Positions 41,300-55,541 of a stretch of DNA of 64,000 nt are shown one piece after another. The translations under genes were made by a program, and so were the position numbers. Below the pieces are notes generated by a model. The model did not search any database. It saw only the letters and a list, made by a program, of their open reading frames with translations, and was not told the DNA's origin. The stretch comes from Bugula neritina (taxonomy: Eukaryota; Animalia; Bryozoa), in the NCBI GenBank assembly GCA_964035545.1, contig OZ037766.1, forward strand, positions 33,381,723 to 33,445,722, written 5' to 3'. The first letter of the stretch is position 1. Each line of letters starts with the position of its first letter.

Positions 41300-43874
41300 C
41301 ACAGTTGGTTTAAGGTCATTACTTTCCACATTCAGGCACTGCTTTATGTTATATATAAACGGTTTCCAGGGGATAGCTCGAACAGTTTTTGTCTCACATT
41401 AACAAATTTTACATGAAAAGATAGCTCTTGCATTCCTCTTTCATATACTTTTTTAATTTTTCAATAAAAATTTTTTTGAGAAAGTTGTTGCATAATAAGT
41501 AAAATTTTACACCCTCCATGTTCCACTGCTGTAGCACAGGGGATTCATTTTATAAAGTATAAAAGTTAAACTTGACATTCCTTGATATGTTTTCTCTAAT
41601 ATACTTTCTTTGTTTTTTGAAATTCTGTTTATGCTCTTCACAATTTGGTAAAAACATACACCATTTTGCAAGTTTCACTGCAATTTTCTAAATTCTTCAT
41701 ATGGTGGTTCTAGCTACGCTCCTGTGACTAATTATAACATTCCTAGTACGTTTGCCGCTCTGCGCTATCACAATAACACATAGTACCCTCTCGCACAAAT
41801 TGGCAGTCTATTGGATTTCTGCCAATATAATGTTCCCTGTTTTACATTAGCACTTAGCTGAATCATCTCACTATGTTACAATAATATATTGAAAATGCCT
41901 CAGCACAACATAATTCTTTGTTTGTTTGGCAGAGTTAATTTCAGCTAAATCACTTCACTTTGCAGTCTTGTCAGTAAAGGTCTGTCTATAGAGCAGCAGG
42001 TGCACTTTCAGTTTCTCTAATTCACATATGATTATTTTAAGTACATTGTATTCTATAAGATCAATTTAAGGTTTAGTCCAGTGTTCAGCATCTAATTATT
42101 ATGCATGTATGTTGTCTTACTGTTGAACAAAAGTTAAAAAAAACTTTACAATTATAGCCATATTTATTATACATGCGTAGGATTTGCATAAGTTGACAAA
42201 AAAAATTGCGACAAAACAGGGTTGAACCATAACCAACTAACTCCTCGCTGACGCCTCTAACCTCTAGACCACGCAGTCATCGTTACTAAGACGCGCACTA
42301 TATGAGTAACTATCATTACATAAATATTTCGCGCGCAAAAGGGTTATAATTATTAGGCTGTCAATTCATGTTGATAGCAGTCAACTGTTGCAATAGTCTC
42401 GGGTTACTAGCAAAGCTAATGGTTTTGAACAAATAACCCAAAAGTTTAAAAATAAGTAGCTTGCGTATTACTAGCTACAAAAACAGGTCTGAAATAGACT
42501 GGTAAAGCAAGCTCTTATTGTAGAGTTTGCAGATGTGCTCTAAAATAAAACTTAAACTGTATGGTATTACATAAGTATTTGTATGCGAGAGATAAATGGA
42601 CATTACTGAGTTTCTGGAAAACAACATACTTGAAGTTAACTTTGACAATGGTGTGTTATTTTCATCATACACTAGCACAGATAGGGCCTATAGCATAAAT
42701 CTCTAATCATATGAATCTTTATGAAGCCCACAGCTCATGTAAGGGTGGCAAATGTAATTTGAAACTAAAAATTATGTTGCTGCATTTTGTCTAAGGTATA
42801 TTAGAGAGCAGAATTTGGTTTTACTAGCCTGCCCCAACGGCATTCTACAATGCAGCTTATATGCTGGCAGTTGTAATAAGTACTGCCAATAGCAAGGTTA
42901 CTATCACTGCTAGCTCTGTGCAGTATGTAACCTCTTGAATAATTGCGCCAATTTTAAACTCTTGGAAGTTGGCCAAGTTATCATATCGCAGCCAGCCACC
43001 GGAGACAAAGCATCAGAGCTATTCATATAATATTATACTGATGCACTTGGTAGCAGAGTGGCTAATCTAATATAGTTCAAAGTTCAACACCCTTTACTTT
43101 GGGAATACAGCCTCTTTTTTTAGGTTTACCTTACAAAGCATGAAAATATCTAAACTGATATTCTGATAATTTAGAGGTACATTTTGAAAACTAGGTTAAT
43201 TGCACTTGTTTGCACAACAACAATAATAAATTAGATATTATGCAGGATAATAAAAACACACATAATACTATATAATATATTATAATGATAATAATATAAT
43301 ATTATAAGTACCATTACTGCATTTTATAAATTACATGGTTGCCAAAAAAATGTTTCACAAATTTTGTAATTATACATCAAAAATAGAACTAGCTAGGCAG
43401 CAGGTTAGAATAGAGTAAATTTTTAAAACATGAAATCATGATTTGACTATTGTTTTATTTAGGCCAACCAACCTAGGAATACAAGATTGGGTTTTAGCTG
43501 ACAGTTTATAACATTTAGCTTTTGAGCCAGCAGCACTGGCACTTGTGAAGTATAGGCAAAGTTAGTGAAGCGAGACTAACAAGCACTCAAATACAAGGCA
43601 TATTGAGACACAATAACAAGTCAGGAGCGTATAAATTGAAAAGAATGTGGAAGGGGGACTATGTTTTTCAACAAGCTATAACTTAAACATGAATTAGCTT
43701 TTGAAAAAAATAAAAAAGTATATTGGAGAACATAAGTTTCTTTATCTTTTTATATTTTTTTTGTTCCTGTGACATTCAACCTGTTCGAGCTATCAGTGGA
43801 ACATTGTTCATATAGAACATAAAGCACCTGGCAAAGAGCCAGAAAATGAAAAGTATGACCTTAAACCAACTGTG
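41300..43874. mobile_element. Non-autonomous CAC...GTG DNA transposon (CMC/EnSpm-like), about 2.6 kb
   Basis: TIR CACAGTTGGTTTAAGGTCAT / ATGACCTTAAACCAACTGTG, plus subterminal inverted motif GATAGCTCGAACAG / CTGTTCGAGCTATC. 2-bp TSD AT. It interrupts the 17-bp array, which resumes in register at 43875. Confidence 0.85.
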
Positions 43875-44316
43875 ATGGAATATGTAGAGTGATGGAATAT
43901 GTGGAGTGATGGAATAGAGAGCTTCTGCTTATTTAGACAGCAACTGCTGGATTTGTATGCATTTCAACCAGAATATGGTAATTATATTGACCTAATGGGG
44001 AAATTTACATAATTTCTTTAAAAACCAGTGCTGTGCAAACTGAAGGGCTAATTTCTCATTAGATTTCAACTTTTTTTATTGATTTGTCTATTTTTATTTT
44101 AGGAAACTGTACAAAAAGTTGTTTTGGTGAGCAGAAAGACAAAAGGCAAACATGTTATAATATAGATATATATAATACTAAAGGTAGACAAGCAATATTT
44201 GGTATTATTCCAAAGTAGTTAGTTATAAAAATAACACTGTAAGTTTAAAACTCCGCCTTAGAAACTAAATTTTTAAAATATATGAAGTTTTCTGTAGTTA
44301 TTAAACATGCCATGCA

Positions 44317-45276
44317 TTACTTTCCAAGCCAGTTCAAAATTTCTCCAATAATAGTTCCAACTGAGCCTGAATCTTCCTCTTCAGTGGTTGTCGTTGGCGT
44401 AGTGGTGGTAGTGGTGGTGGTAGTGGTGGTGGTAGTGGTGGTGGTTGTGGTGGTACTGGTGGTGGTACTGGTGGTGGTTGAAGTGGTTGTGGTTGGAGTA
44501 GTGGTGGTTGGAGTGGTGGTGGTAGTGGTTGGAGTTATTGTGGTGGTAGTAGTGATGGTAGGAATATGCACTGAAAAAGTTTACAGGAACAGCTATACAA
44601 ACCAACTTTAAAAATCTGAGTAATCATGGTTCACTAAAAGTATATGCTATTTACAGCTCAAAGTCTTATGATAGATTATCTTTTTAATGCAATTCATAGT
44701 ATGAATGAAAAGATACTTTGGAATTACTGTTTTATAATTAAAATAGTTTGTTATTTCTTACAATGGTAAATAGATAACTTGTCATCCATTTTGCAGTTAG
44801 TGCACACTCCGTCGCTTATGGTTGTCCTGTTAGAAACATAACAGTTCCTTCCCCTCTTTTGGTAACCAAACGAAGAACAAGTAGAATTCAAATTAAACAC
44901 ACAAAGACCTCCACACTCTACTGCTGATCTTACATCATAGAATGTGTGTGAGGGGTCAATGGTATCTAGGTTAGCCTTCTGAAAAACTGCTCCATTGAAG
45001 GAGAGAAATTGGCCAACTGGAATATCTGATTTTACAATCTAGAAATATGAATAGATTTAGGTCAGCATAACAGATATATATTCGTTTAGTATGTGACATG
45101 TATATATTTTTCACATTGAAATATTATTTCAATTTAAAGAAATATCAACAGTTACAAGTTCCCGCTACCTGAACAGGACAAAGCGGAGATAGGTGAGAAG
45201 AAAATCAACAGTTACAAATTACCTTGAACAATGTGAAATAAAGCAACTTATAGATGCAATTGACCAATAACTTCAT
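44317..45276 (-). CDS. Secreted PAN/apple-like + poly-Thr mucin protein, paralogue 3 (no CBM14 exon seen)
   Basis: Exons 45276-45223 (MKLLVNCIYKLLYFTLFK), 45038-44762 (TIDPSHTFYDVRSAVECGGLC), 44570-44317 (poly-Thr). Intron phases are the same as in paralogues 1 and 2. The 3' end is uncertain. Confidence 0.72.
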
Positions 45277-46489
45277 GTTGAAGGGTTGAAGAATGTTGTT
45301 TATCGTCTACTGATGACTGTATTCTAGAGATGTGAGGTTTATAGTTGGTTCTGTTAAAGTTGTGTTGACAGAGTAAGTCTTTAACTCTTAAACAGTAATA
45401 TTGTCTACAGAAACTTTATTAACTGCATGCGATGTTTTTATAGTCAATATTTTACAGAAAAAACTTTATTGGTAGAGTATATAATACTATTTTTAAGTAA
45501 ATCTTTTAGATAAACTGATTGATCTGCCCAATAAATCAACAACATATTGTAATTTTTATATAACAAACTGTACCATCTAGCATATTATAGTATTACTGGC
45601 TTGTTCAGATTACTTGTGTAAACAGTTCTTATTGGTCGAGAGTACTTGTGTAAACAATTGTTATTCGTTGCCGGATGCATATTGATTTTATAATCAGCAG
45701 ATTTGTTATTTGAGTTTGAGTTCCAGTATTTGACTTTTAATCTGAGATGAACATGTATAAATTCATTATTTGAGCATAAAGTGAAGTCAGTAGATGTGAC
45801 TCCTTGGTCAATATATAGCCGGCACACGAGCGTATATTTACATGCACACATGTGCACATGAATTAACACACAAAATCTTACACTTACATGTATATTATGT
45901 ACTTGTATATGTACATATACATGTATGTGTACATATACATCTATGTGTATATGTACACATACACATAGATGTATATAATGAGTTCACCAATATATTATGT
46001 AATGTAGCTGCATCTTTTGATTTTCTTCTAATTAGTGTTTTACTTCATAGTAGTACAAATGATGAGTATAATACATATAAAATATATAATTTTATATAAT
46101 ATATAATACATAATATAACATAACGTAGCCCAAGTACCGCAAATACAATATAGAGTTAAAACTTGTTGGAGAGAACTGCTTTATTATGGTAGTATTGGGA
46201 AAGTACATATACTCCTATTTCATATCACATATTACCAACACAACAGCGACTACATAAAAGTGAGCTTGACAGAAAAGTTGAAATTATTGTAAACATATTA
46301 AATCGTTTGCTAAACTTTTTATTTTATATAAGCAGTTGTTTATAAAAGCAAATGAAAGTGATATGGTGTTCAGCAACCTTGTGATACACACAGACAGACA
46401 GATATACAGACAGACAGACAGACAGAGTCGAATGTGACACCTTATACTAATCACTAACATTATCGATAATAGATAAATCATCAAGGTGT

Positions 46490-47040
46490 AGGACTAGATA
46501 CAGGATACAGGGCATAGGATACAGGATATAGGTATAGGTATAGGTAGATATAATATATAGGGTATAGGGTATATAGGGTATAGGATATAGGATATAGGGT
46601 ATAGGGTATAGGTATAGGTATAGGTAGATATAATATATAGGGTATAGGATATAGGGTATAGGGGATAGGATACAGGATATAGGGTATAGGATATAGGATA
46701 TAGGATATAGGGTATAGGGTATAGGGTATTATAGGATATAGGATACAGAATATAGGATACAGGGTATAGGATACAGGGTATAGGGTATAGGATATAGGGT
46801 ATAGGATACAGAGTATAGGATATAGGATACAGGATATAGGGTATAGGGTACAGGATATAGGGTACAGGATATAGGATATAGAGTATAGGGTACAGGGTAT
46901 AGTGTATAGGATATAGGGTATACGGTATAGTGTATAGGATATAGGATATAGGGTATAGGGTATATAAGATATAGGGTATAGGATACAGGATATAGGATAT
47001 AAGGTATATAGAGTATAGGGTATAGAGTATAGGGTATAAC
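46490..47040. repeat. (TATAGG/GATACAG)-type simple repeat immediately 3' of the channel stop codon
   Basis: Directly visible; it abuts the stop at 47042. Confidence 0.88.
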
Positions 47041-47041
47041 G

Positions 47042-50000
47042 TTATGAAGCTTCAGCTGGGGCCACTTTTAGTTGCAAAGATGAGACTGATGCATTCTGTT
47101 TTCTTTTTCTGCAGATGCACTTGAACACCGCCTTTACACCGAACTCTAGAAACTCAAACAGAGTGAGAATACTCGCACCAACACACAGTCCCAAAGTTCC
47201 ACCTAAACTCGCTAAAACGCAAAGTACTATTACAATATGACGATATCTTAGAAATTTCAACAGCGTTCTATAGGATTGCATTACTTTATCAGATGGACAG
47301 ACATGAATAACTGCATATAATATGTTCAACAACTCGTTTACAGGGTTTGACTAAGAACTGACCTATCATATCTCGAACGTCATAAGTGATTTCTTCGTCA
47401 AGTCTTTGGAAAGACATTTTCCCGTAGTATATGTTTAAGAGGATGTAGTTGTTTCGGTAAGATTCTACGAGATCTGTAATAGAATCAAAAGAGTTTACAA
47501 ACAACAGTTGGAAACAAGAGAAAGTGGAGCTAAAGGAGTTTGTATTAACATGAAACAGTGCAACATGAAAGAGTAGGTTTATATCCACATGAACCAGTGC
47601 AGCATGAAAGAGTAGGTTTATATTAACATGAAACAGTGCAACATGAAAGAGTAGGTTTATATCCACATGAACCAGTGCAGCATGAAAGAGTAGGTTTATA
47701 TTAACATGAAACAGTGCAACATGAAATAGTGAGTTTGTATCAACAAGCACATGAGGAGCATGAGACACGAGTTACAGAATAAGTCACCCTGAGGCATTTG
47801 GTAGAGGTTGATGTACTTGGTGCTGGGAAACTTAGTGCTGGCGAGTTGCGCCGAAAATTCTGAAACTCTGCAAGCATCGTGACAGTCACATGACTTTAAT
47901 CCTGCAGGATCAGATGCAAAGCTTCCTGAATAGATACGAGAGACTACACATGTATAATATAATATATAGTATACAGTACAGTATAGTATATAGTATAGTA
48001 TATATTATAGTATATAGTATAGTGTATAGTATAGTATAGTATGGTATAGTATGGTATGGTATGGTATGGTATGGTATGGTATGGTATGGTATGGTATGGT
48101 ATGGTATGGTATGGTATGGTATGGTATGGTATGGTATGGTATGGTATGGTATGGTGTGGTATGGTGTAGTATAGTATATTATAGTATAGTATGTACAGTA
48201 TAGTATAGTATAGTATAGTATAGTATGGTATAGTATAGTATAGCATAGCATAGTATAGTATAGCATAGTATAGTATATATAAGTATATAGTACTAAGTAT
48301 GTATAGTATAAAGTAGAGTATATATAAGTATATAGTACTAAGTATGTATAGTATAAAGTAGAGTATATATAAGTATATAGTACTAAGTATGTATAGTATA
48401 ATATATAGCTTTAGATCTACGTACTCATGGCTGGGGTTGAACAGTTTAGCATAGTTGGTAGCAGGCACGGTGCTGTTCCATTCAGAGCTGAAACCAAGGA
48501 ATGAAAAAATAGAAATATATACAAACTAGAGTAATATATTCGATCTAATACGTATCAAAGTAGAAATATATACAAACTAGAGTATTATATTCAATCTAAT
48601 ACGTATCAAAATCACTAAAGAGGAAACACAATTCTCTTGACTCAATTTATGAAAATCTGAAAGACTGTGAAGTATAAAAATACTTGTATAATGCTGTGCC
48701 ATGACTGCAGCTTTTATGACCTTGAAATGCAATTATACATTTCAGGAAGAGTTGTGGAGTTGTGTACCCACCAGGCTGAAGAGCGTCTCTGCACCCACAC
48801 CTGTTGATGACGTATGCTGTCTTACACTCAACCTGGCAGGCTGAGTAGGAGTAGTGGTGGAAATAGTGCAAAGGGTTGAGATTCCTTTCCGTGTCAAAGC
48901 AGTCAGCACGGTTGTTGTCTGCCGGAGGTGGTTTCCTGTTAGTCTACAGTTTTATCATCATTTGTGAGTAGCTAGATGACACAGTTATACTGTGGGTAGC
49001 TAGATGACACAGTTATACTGTGAGTAACTAGATGATACATTTATACTGTGAGTAACTAGATGACACAGTTATACTGTGAGTAGCTAGATGACACAGTTAT
49101 ACTGTGAGTAGCTAGATGACCCAGTTATACTGTGAGTAGCTAGATTACACAGTTATACTGTGAGTAGCTAGATGACACAGTTATATTGTGAATAACTAGA
49201 TGACACAGTTATACTGTGAGTAGCTAGATGACACAGTTATACTGTGAGTAACTAGATGACACAGTTATACTGTGAGTAGCTAGATTACACAGTTATACTG
49301 TGAGTAGCTAGATGACACAGTTATACTGTGAGTAGCTAGATGACACAGTTATACTGTGAGTAGCTAGATTACACAGTTATACTGTGAGTAGCTAGATGAC
49401 ACAGTTATACTGTGAGTAGCTAGATGACACAGTTATACTGTGAGTAGCTAGATGACACAGTTATACTGTGAGTAGCTAGATTACACAGTTATACTGTGAG
49501 TAGCTAGATGACACAGTTATACTGTGAGTAGCTAGATTACACAGTTATACTGTGAGTAGCTAGATGACACAGTTATACTGTGAGTAGCTAGATGACACAG
49601 TTATATTGTGAGTAACTAGACAGGATGTCACATGTAGTTATACCCCCTAAACAAACTTTGCTGCACTGTAGGCCGTAACGTAAAAGGTGAGAGTCATTTT
49701 TACAAATTTCCGAGCGTCCTGTACGGCATTGTGTTACATTAGGATCAAGCACTGCTTATTTCTAAAGGTTGTGGTGGGCTCCTTTGGACAGGAAGAAGTT
49801 CACATCAATTCATTGGATAGAAATGTTTAATAAGGTGTCATAAATCATACCCAATAACACACTTTGAGAACTTCAGCCCGGACACATTAAAAATGGCTGA
49901 AATTTTACATTACGGCCTACGGTGCTCAAAGTGTGCCTAGGGGGATATGGTGAGCTGTTGACACATATACTAAACTGTTGACACATATACTAGACTGTTG

Positions 50001-52823
50001 ATGTATATACTAAACTGTTGACACATGTATTAAATTGTTGACACATATTATACTGAATGGTTGACACATATACTAAACTGTTGACACATATACTGAATAG
50101 TTGACACATATACCGAATGGTTGACACATATACTAAACTGTTGACACATATACTGAATAGTTGACACATATACCGAATGGTTGACACATATACTAAACTG
50201 TTGATGTATATACTAAACTGTTGACACATACACTAAACTGTTGACACATGTATTAAATTGTTGACACATATTATACTGAATGGTTGACACATATACTAAA
50301 CTGTTGACACATATACTGAATAGTTGACACATATACCAAATGGTTGACACATATACTAAACTGTTGATGTATATACTAAACTGTTGACACATACACTAAA
50401 CTGTTGACACATGTATTAAATTGTTGACACATATACTGAATGGTTGACACATATACTAAACTGTTGACACATATACTGAATAGTTGACACATATACCGAA
50501 TGGTTGACACATACTAAACTGTTGATATATATACTAAACTGTTGACACATACACTAAACTGTTGACACATGCACTAGACTGCTGACACATGTATACACTA
50601 GACTGCTGACACATACACTCAACTAGCTGGTGATACATGTAGTCAGTTGTTGACACAAATATCTAGTTTTTGACACATATACTCAGTTATGACTCAGACT
50701 AATACTAACAGTAGACTTGTGAAGAATAAAGTCAACTTCTATGCCGGGAGCGACGCCAATGCCCAGCTCAGTCACCAGTGGAACTTCTTGTTCCTCATGC
50801 AGTGTTACCTGCCAGAGTATAGATGTGCTATTATAATATCATTTCTATAAGATCACAGTATGTCAGTGCTATTATAGTATATTATGTATATTATAGCACA
50901 GTATACCATGCGCTATTATACACACAATAACTTGCTAATATAACTGTAGATTCTGCTATATAAATGGACACTCACAGAAAACCCCTCCGAGTCAGAAAAG
51001 GGGCCAGTCGTATACTCATTAACATTTGTGTACAACATGAATGTCATTCCCCCAGTCTTTCCTGCAGAGGTGGCATATAGCGATCCATTTGCATTCACCA
51101 CAGCGCAGTAACCTAGTGCAGTAACTTAGAGTAGTAACAGAGTAATTTAGAGTAATAACAGAGTAACTTAGAGTAATAACAGAGTAACTTAGAGTAATAA
51201 CAGAGTGACTTAGGGTAATAACAGAGTAACTTAGAGTAATAACAGAGTAACTTAGAGTAATAACAGAGTGACTTAGGGTAATAACAGAGTAACTTAGAGT
51301 AATAACAGAGTAACTTAGAGTAATAACAGAGTGACTTAGGGTAATAACAGAGTAACTTAGAGTAATAACAGAGTAACTTAGAGTAATAACAGAGTAACTT
51401 AGAGTAATAACAGAGTAACTTAGAGTAGTAACAGAGTAACTTAGAGTAGTAACAGAGTGACTTAGGGTAATAACAGAGTAACTTAGAGTAATAACAGAGT
51501 AACTTAGAGTAATAACAGAGTAACTTAGAGTAATAACAGAGTAACTTAGAGTAATAACAGAGTAACTTAGAGTAATAACAGAGTGACTTAAGGTAGTAAC
51601 AGAGTAACTTAGAGTGATATAATACCTCCATCTGTTTTGGTCACCAGGAACAAGTCGTCACAGTCCCACTCTCTGCTGTACAAGTAACAACTTCTAACAG
51701 ACTCCTCAAAGGGGTGAGCGCTGTGAGCAAACAGGTTCTCCGTAGCCTCTGGTCCCAGGTTGGCAAAGGGGCTGTATTCGGGGGAGGACCAGTTGTACCT
51801 TCGTTGTGTTAACAGAAGATTTGTATTACATTGGTATATAGTAATATTGTATACTAGACAAGGTGTAATAGAGATAGTAATATTGTATACTAGACAAGGT
51901 GTAATAGAGATAGTAATATTGTATACTAGACAAGGTGTAATAGAGATAGTAATATTGTATACTAGACTATAAGATAAATAGTATAAACAAGATGACAAGA
52001 ACCTACTTATCCAGAGGAGGTGGTAAGGGCTGGTATATGTTGTAAAGATCTTCCATGATGTCAAACAGACCAAACGAACCAACCTGCTCTGCAGTGTCAT
52101 ACAGAGAGCTGATCTTCCACAGGTTCTTGTTACAGATTGTGATGGAAGGAAACTACAAGCACCATGTTGATGGAAATTACTCCGTCACACAGGTGTCACA
52201 GGTGACACACGTATCACAGTAAAGTAAGACTGAAACAGGTAGAAGTTATGTACCTGTAGCTCATTGGCTGTCTCTACTCTCACTTTGGTGCTGACAGTCT
52301 TCTTGGTGAAGTCGTCCATGAACAGGTAAGTGGCATAGCCCAGGTAGCAGACCCATCCAGCTATCAGAATCAGCCAAATAGTTCTGTGTGTAAAATTAGT
52401 TTTTAGAGAAACAAGTAAATAAAATAATTTTGGTGACACATAAAATATGTTTTACTAAATTAGAAGTGTCTTGTGACAATCCTTTATGTTTCTGTCACCT
52501 TTCTGTCCTTCTCATCATGTTTTAGTCTTATCATTTTGAGTGATTAGGACTTACATCTCTCACATGCAGTTGCCTGATTTCTTATACCCAGGCCATGTGT
52601 TTGCTTACATTTTATACAGTAGAGTAATTCTATAGTTTATATAATGCTATATATAAAGTGGTTTTAGTTAAATTCTAAATATAAAATAGAACAAAGTTTC
52701 TTACTTTCTAAATATGGAGGTCTTGGTGTGAGTGAGATATCGTATGCCGTGCATGGATACATCTTCAGTGAAACTGTACCAGTCGTCTGTCAGCGTTTCT
52801 TCCTTCACACTCTCCATTATCAT
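47042..52823 (-). CDS. DEG/ENaC family (ASIC-like) amiloride-sensitive sodium channel, complete
   Basis: Exons 52823-52705, 52383-52254, 52152-52007, 51798-51626, 51112-50976, 50808-50710, 48943-48772, 48487-48425, 47943-47788, 47473-47363, 47211-47042. Motifs: SMHG (HG gate), TM1, FPSITICNKN, YSYSACQVEC...CGC, CDCHDAC, GGTLGLCVGASILT (GAS belt in TM2). Confidence 0.93.
47535..51966. repeat. Distinct intronic arrays in the minus-strand channel (interleaved with exons)
   Basis: 47535-47725 (30/60 bp), 47960-48400 (5-bp GTATG/GTATA), 48963-49620 (28 bp), 49953-50620 (~20 bp), 51118-51615 (21 bp), 51838-51966 (36 bp). Confidence 0.9.
49643..49944. mobile_element. MITE (about 302 bp) with imperfect ~43-bp TIRs in a DEG/ENaC intron
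   Basis: CCCCCTAAACAAACTTTG..CACTGTAGGCCGTAACGTAAAA versus TTTTACATTACGGCCTACGGTGCTCAAAGTGTGCCTAGGGGG. Probable 3-bp TSD ATA. Confidence 0.78.
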
Positions 52824-53254
52824 ATATTATATTTCAGCTGCAGTCTGCACTCTTTATCTAGACTTCCTGCTGCCTGAAACTGGCAGCAAATGAAGACGAG
52901 TTTCACGAGAGGTTTTGCCGTAACTAAATTGATTTTTTAAGAACTTACAGTGGCTTAAAATAGCCTTTAATCACCACTGCTTTCAAGAGCTAAATGCAAT
53001 AACACCAATACAATTCTAACATATTATATAGCCTATTACATATAGGTACTTTGTGCTCCATTCATATCTGATAGATAATTGTTTGTATCTTTCTGTCTAT
53101 TAACTCTGGACTGATATTAATATAACAAAACAGTAGGTGGTTATTCGGTTTCTATTTCATATCCTAACAAACCTATTGCTTCTTTATGAACTGCTTAAAC
53201 TACTCAGATCAAGAATTATCAATCTATTAAATAGCATACACTGCTATGAGGCCA

Positions 53255-54413
<1,159 letters not shown>

Positions 54414-55541
54414 TGACTTTTTTATGCTAAACAGATATAATATAATTGCGATGCTTGAAATAAGTACAATATAAAATATTGCACATACAATTTTAAAATT
54501 GCAACTTTTTTGAACGGATAAAACATGTAAGCGCAACTAGGAGAAAGAATTATGATGGAGTCAGATGGTGATACAGAATTATTGTATAAACTGTGCAAAT
54601 TGTAAACAGGTATGTGTAAACTGTATTCTAAAGCTATCAGAAATACTTGAACTATTTAAATAATGAAGATATTTCCGGAAATGCTATTTACAAAAAAGCT
54701 TCTACATGTATGACTTGGAATTTGTTTCCCAACTTTACTTAGGGTATACAAACCATTTTGGAAGTCATAAAATACCATTTCTTTTTTATATTTCTTTAAT
54801 CACCAAATACAACTCATGATTTCACTCTTTGCATAATTATTTTATTGGTGATCAATAAGTTACTATCCTAGCAGACATACGAACATACTGCAATATTGTA
54901 TGTAAAACACAGCGTCATCTTATGGGTAAAATAACTTCACTATAACATCTCCTTGCATGGCTAAAGCAATGCTTTGGTTTATAAATATTCCACAGGCAGG
55001 TAATAAGTTATTACCTATAATAATTGAGTTAAACTTAGACTTATTTGTTGAAGCAAATCAACAGGATCTTGATTTTCATACCCATTCATATGGAGTGTCC
55101 ATATCAATATAATCATACTCAATGTCACTCTAAAATATGCAAAGTGTGTTTACTGTAAGTTAGAGATGCGTCACTCATACACCACACAGTCTTTATGTGG
55201 GATCAACTACTACCTGTTATTTATCTCTAATGTATTGTATTTACCTCTAATGTATTGTATTTATATCTAATGTATTGTAAAGAACAAATCAATGCTATCT
55301 TGAGGAATTTGTTTGCGTTCAGGTGGGAATGAAAGATAATACAACTATAAGGCAAGAATAAAAAGCACTGGTTATTAGGCAGTTTGGTCAAAAGCTAATT
55401 ATTGATATTCAATATTGCTGCAGTTGAAAAAGAATATTTAAACTGCATAATATAAATGCCATTACATTACACCCTGTTTACACACATGTTAAATGAGAAG
55501 CTGATGAGAACTGAGCTTTCAAGCTGTAAGCAGAGATTAAG

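Noticed and set aside
41300-43874. RAG/Transib transposon based on the RSS-like CACAGT end
   Set aside because: The parsimonious TSD is 2 bp, no RSS nonamer is evident and there is no RAG1/2-like ORF.
46490-47040. Telomere-like repeat
   Set aside because: Heterogeneous TATAGG/GATACAG units, not TTAGGG or TTAGG, and internal to a gene-dense region.
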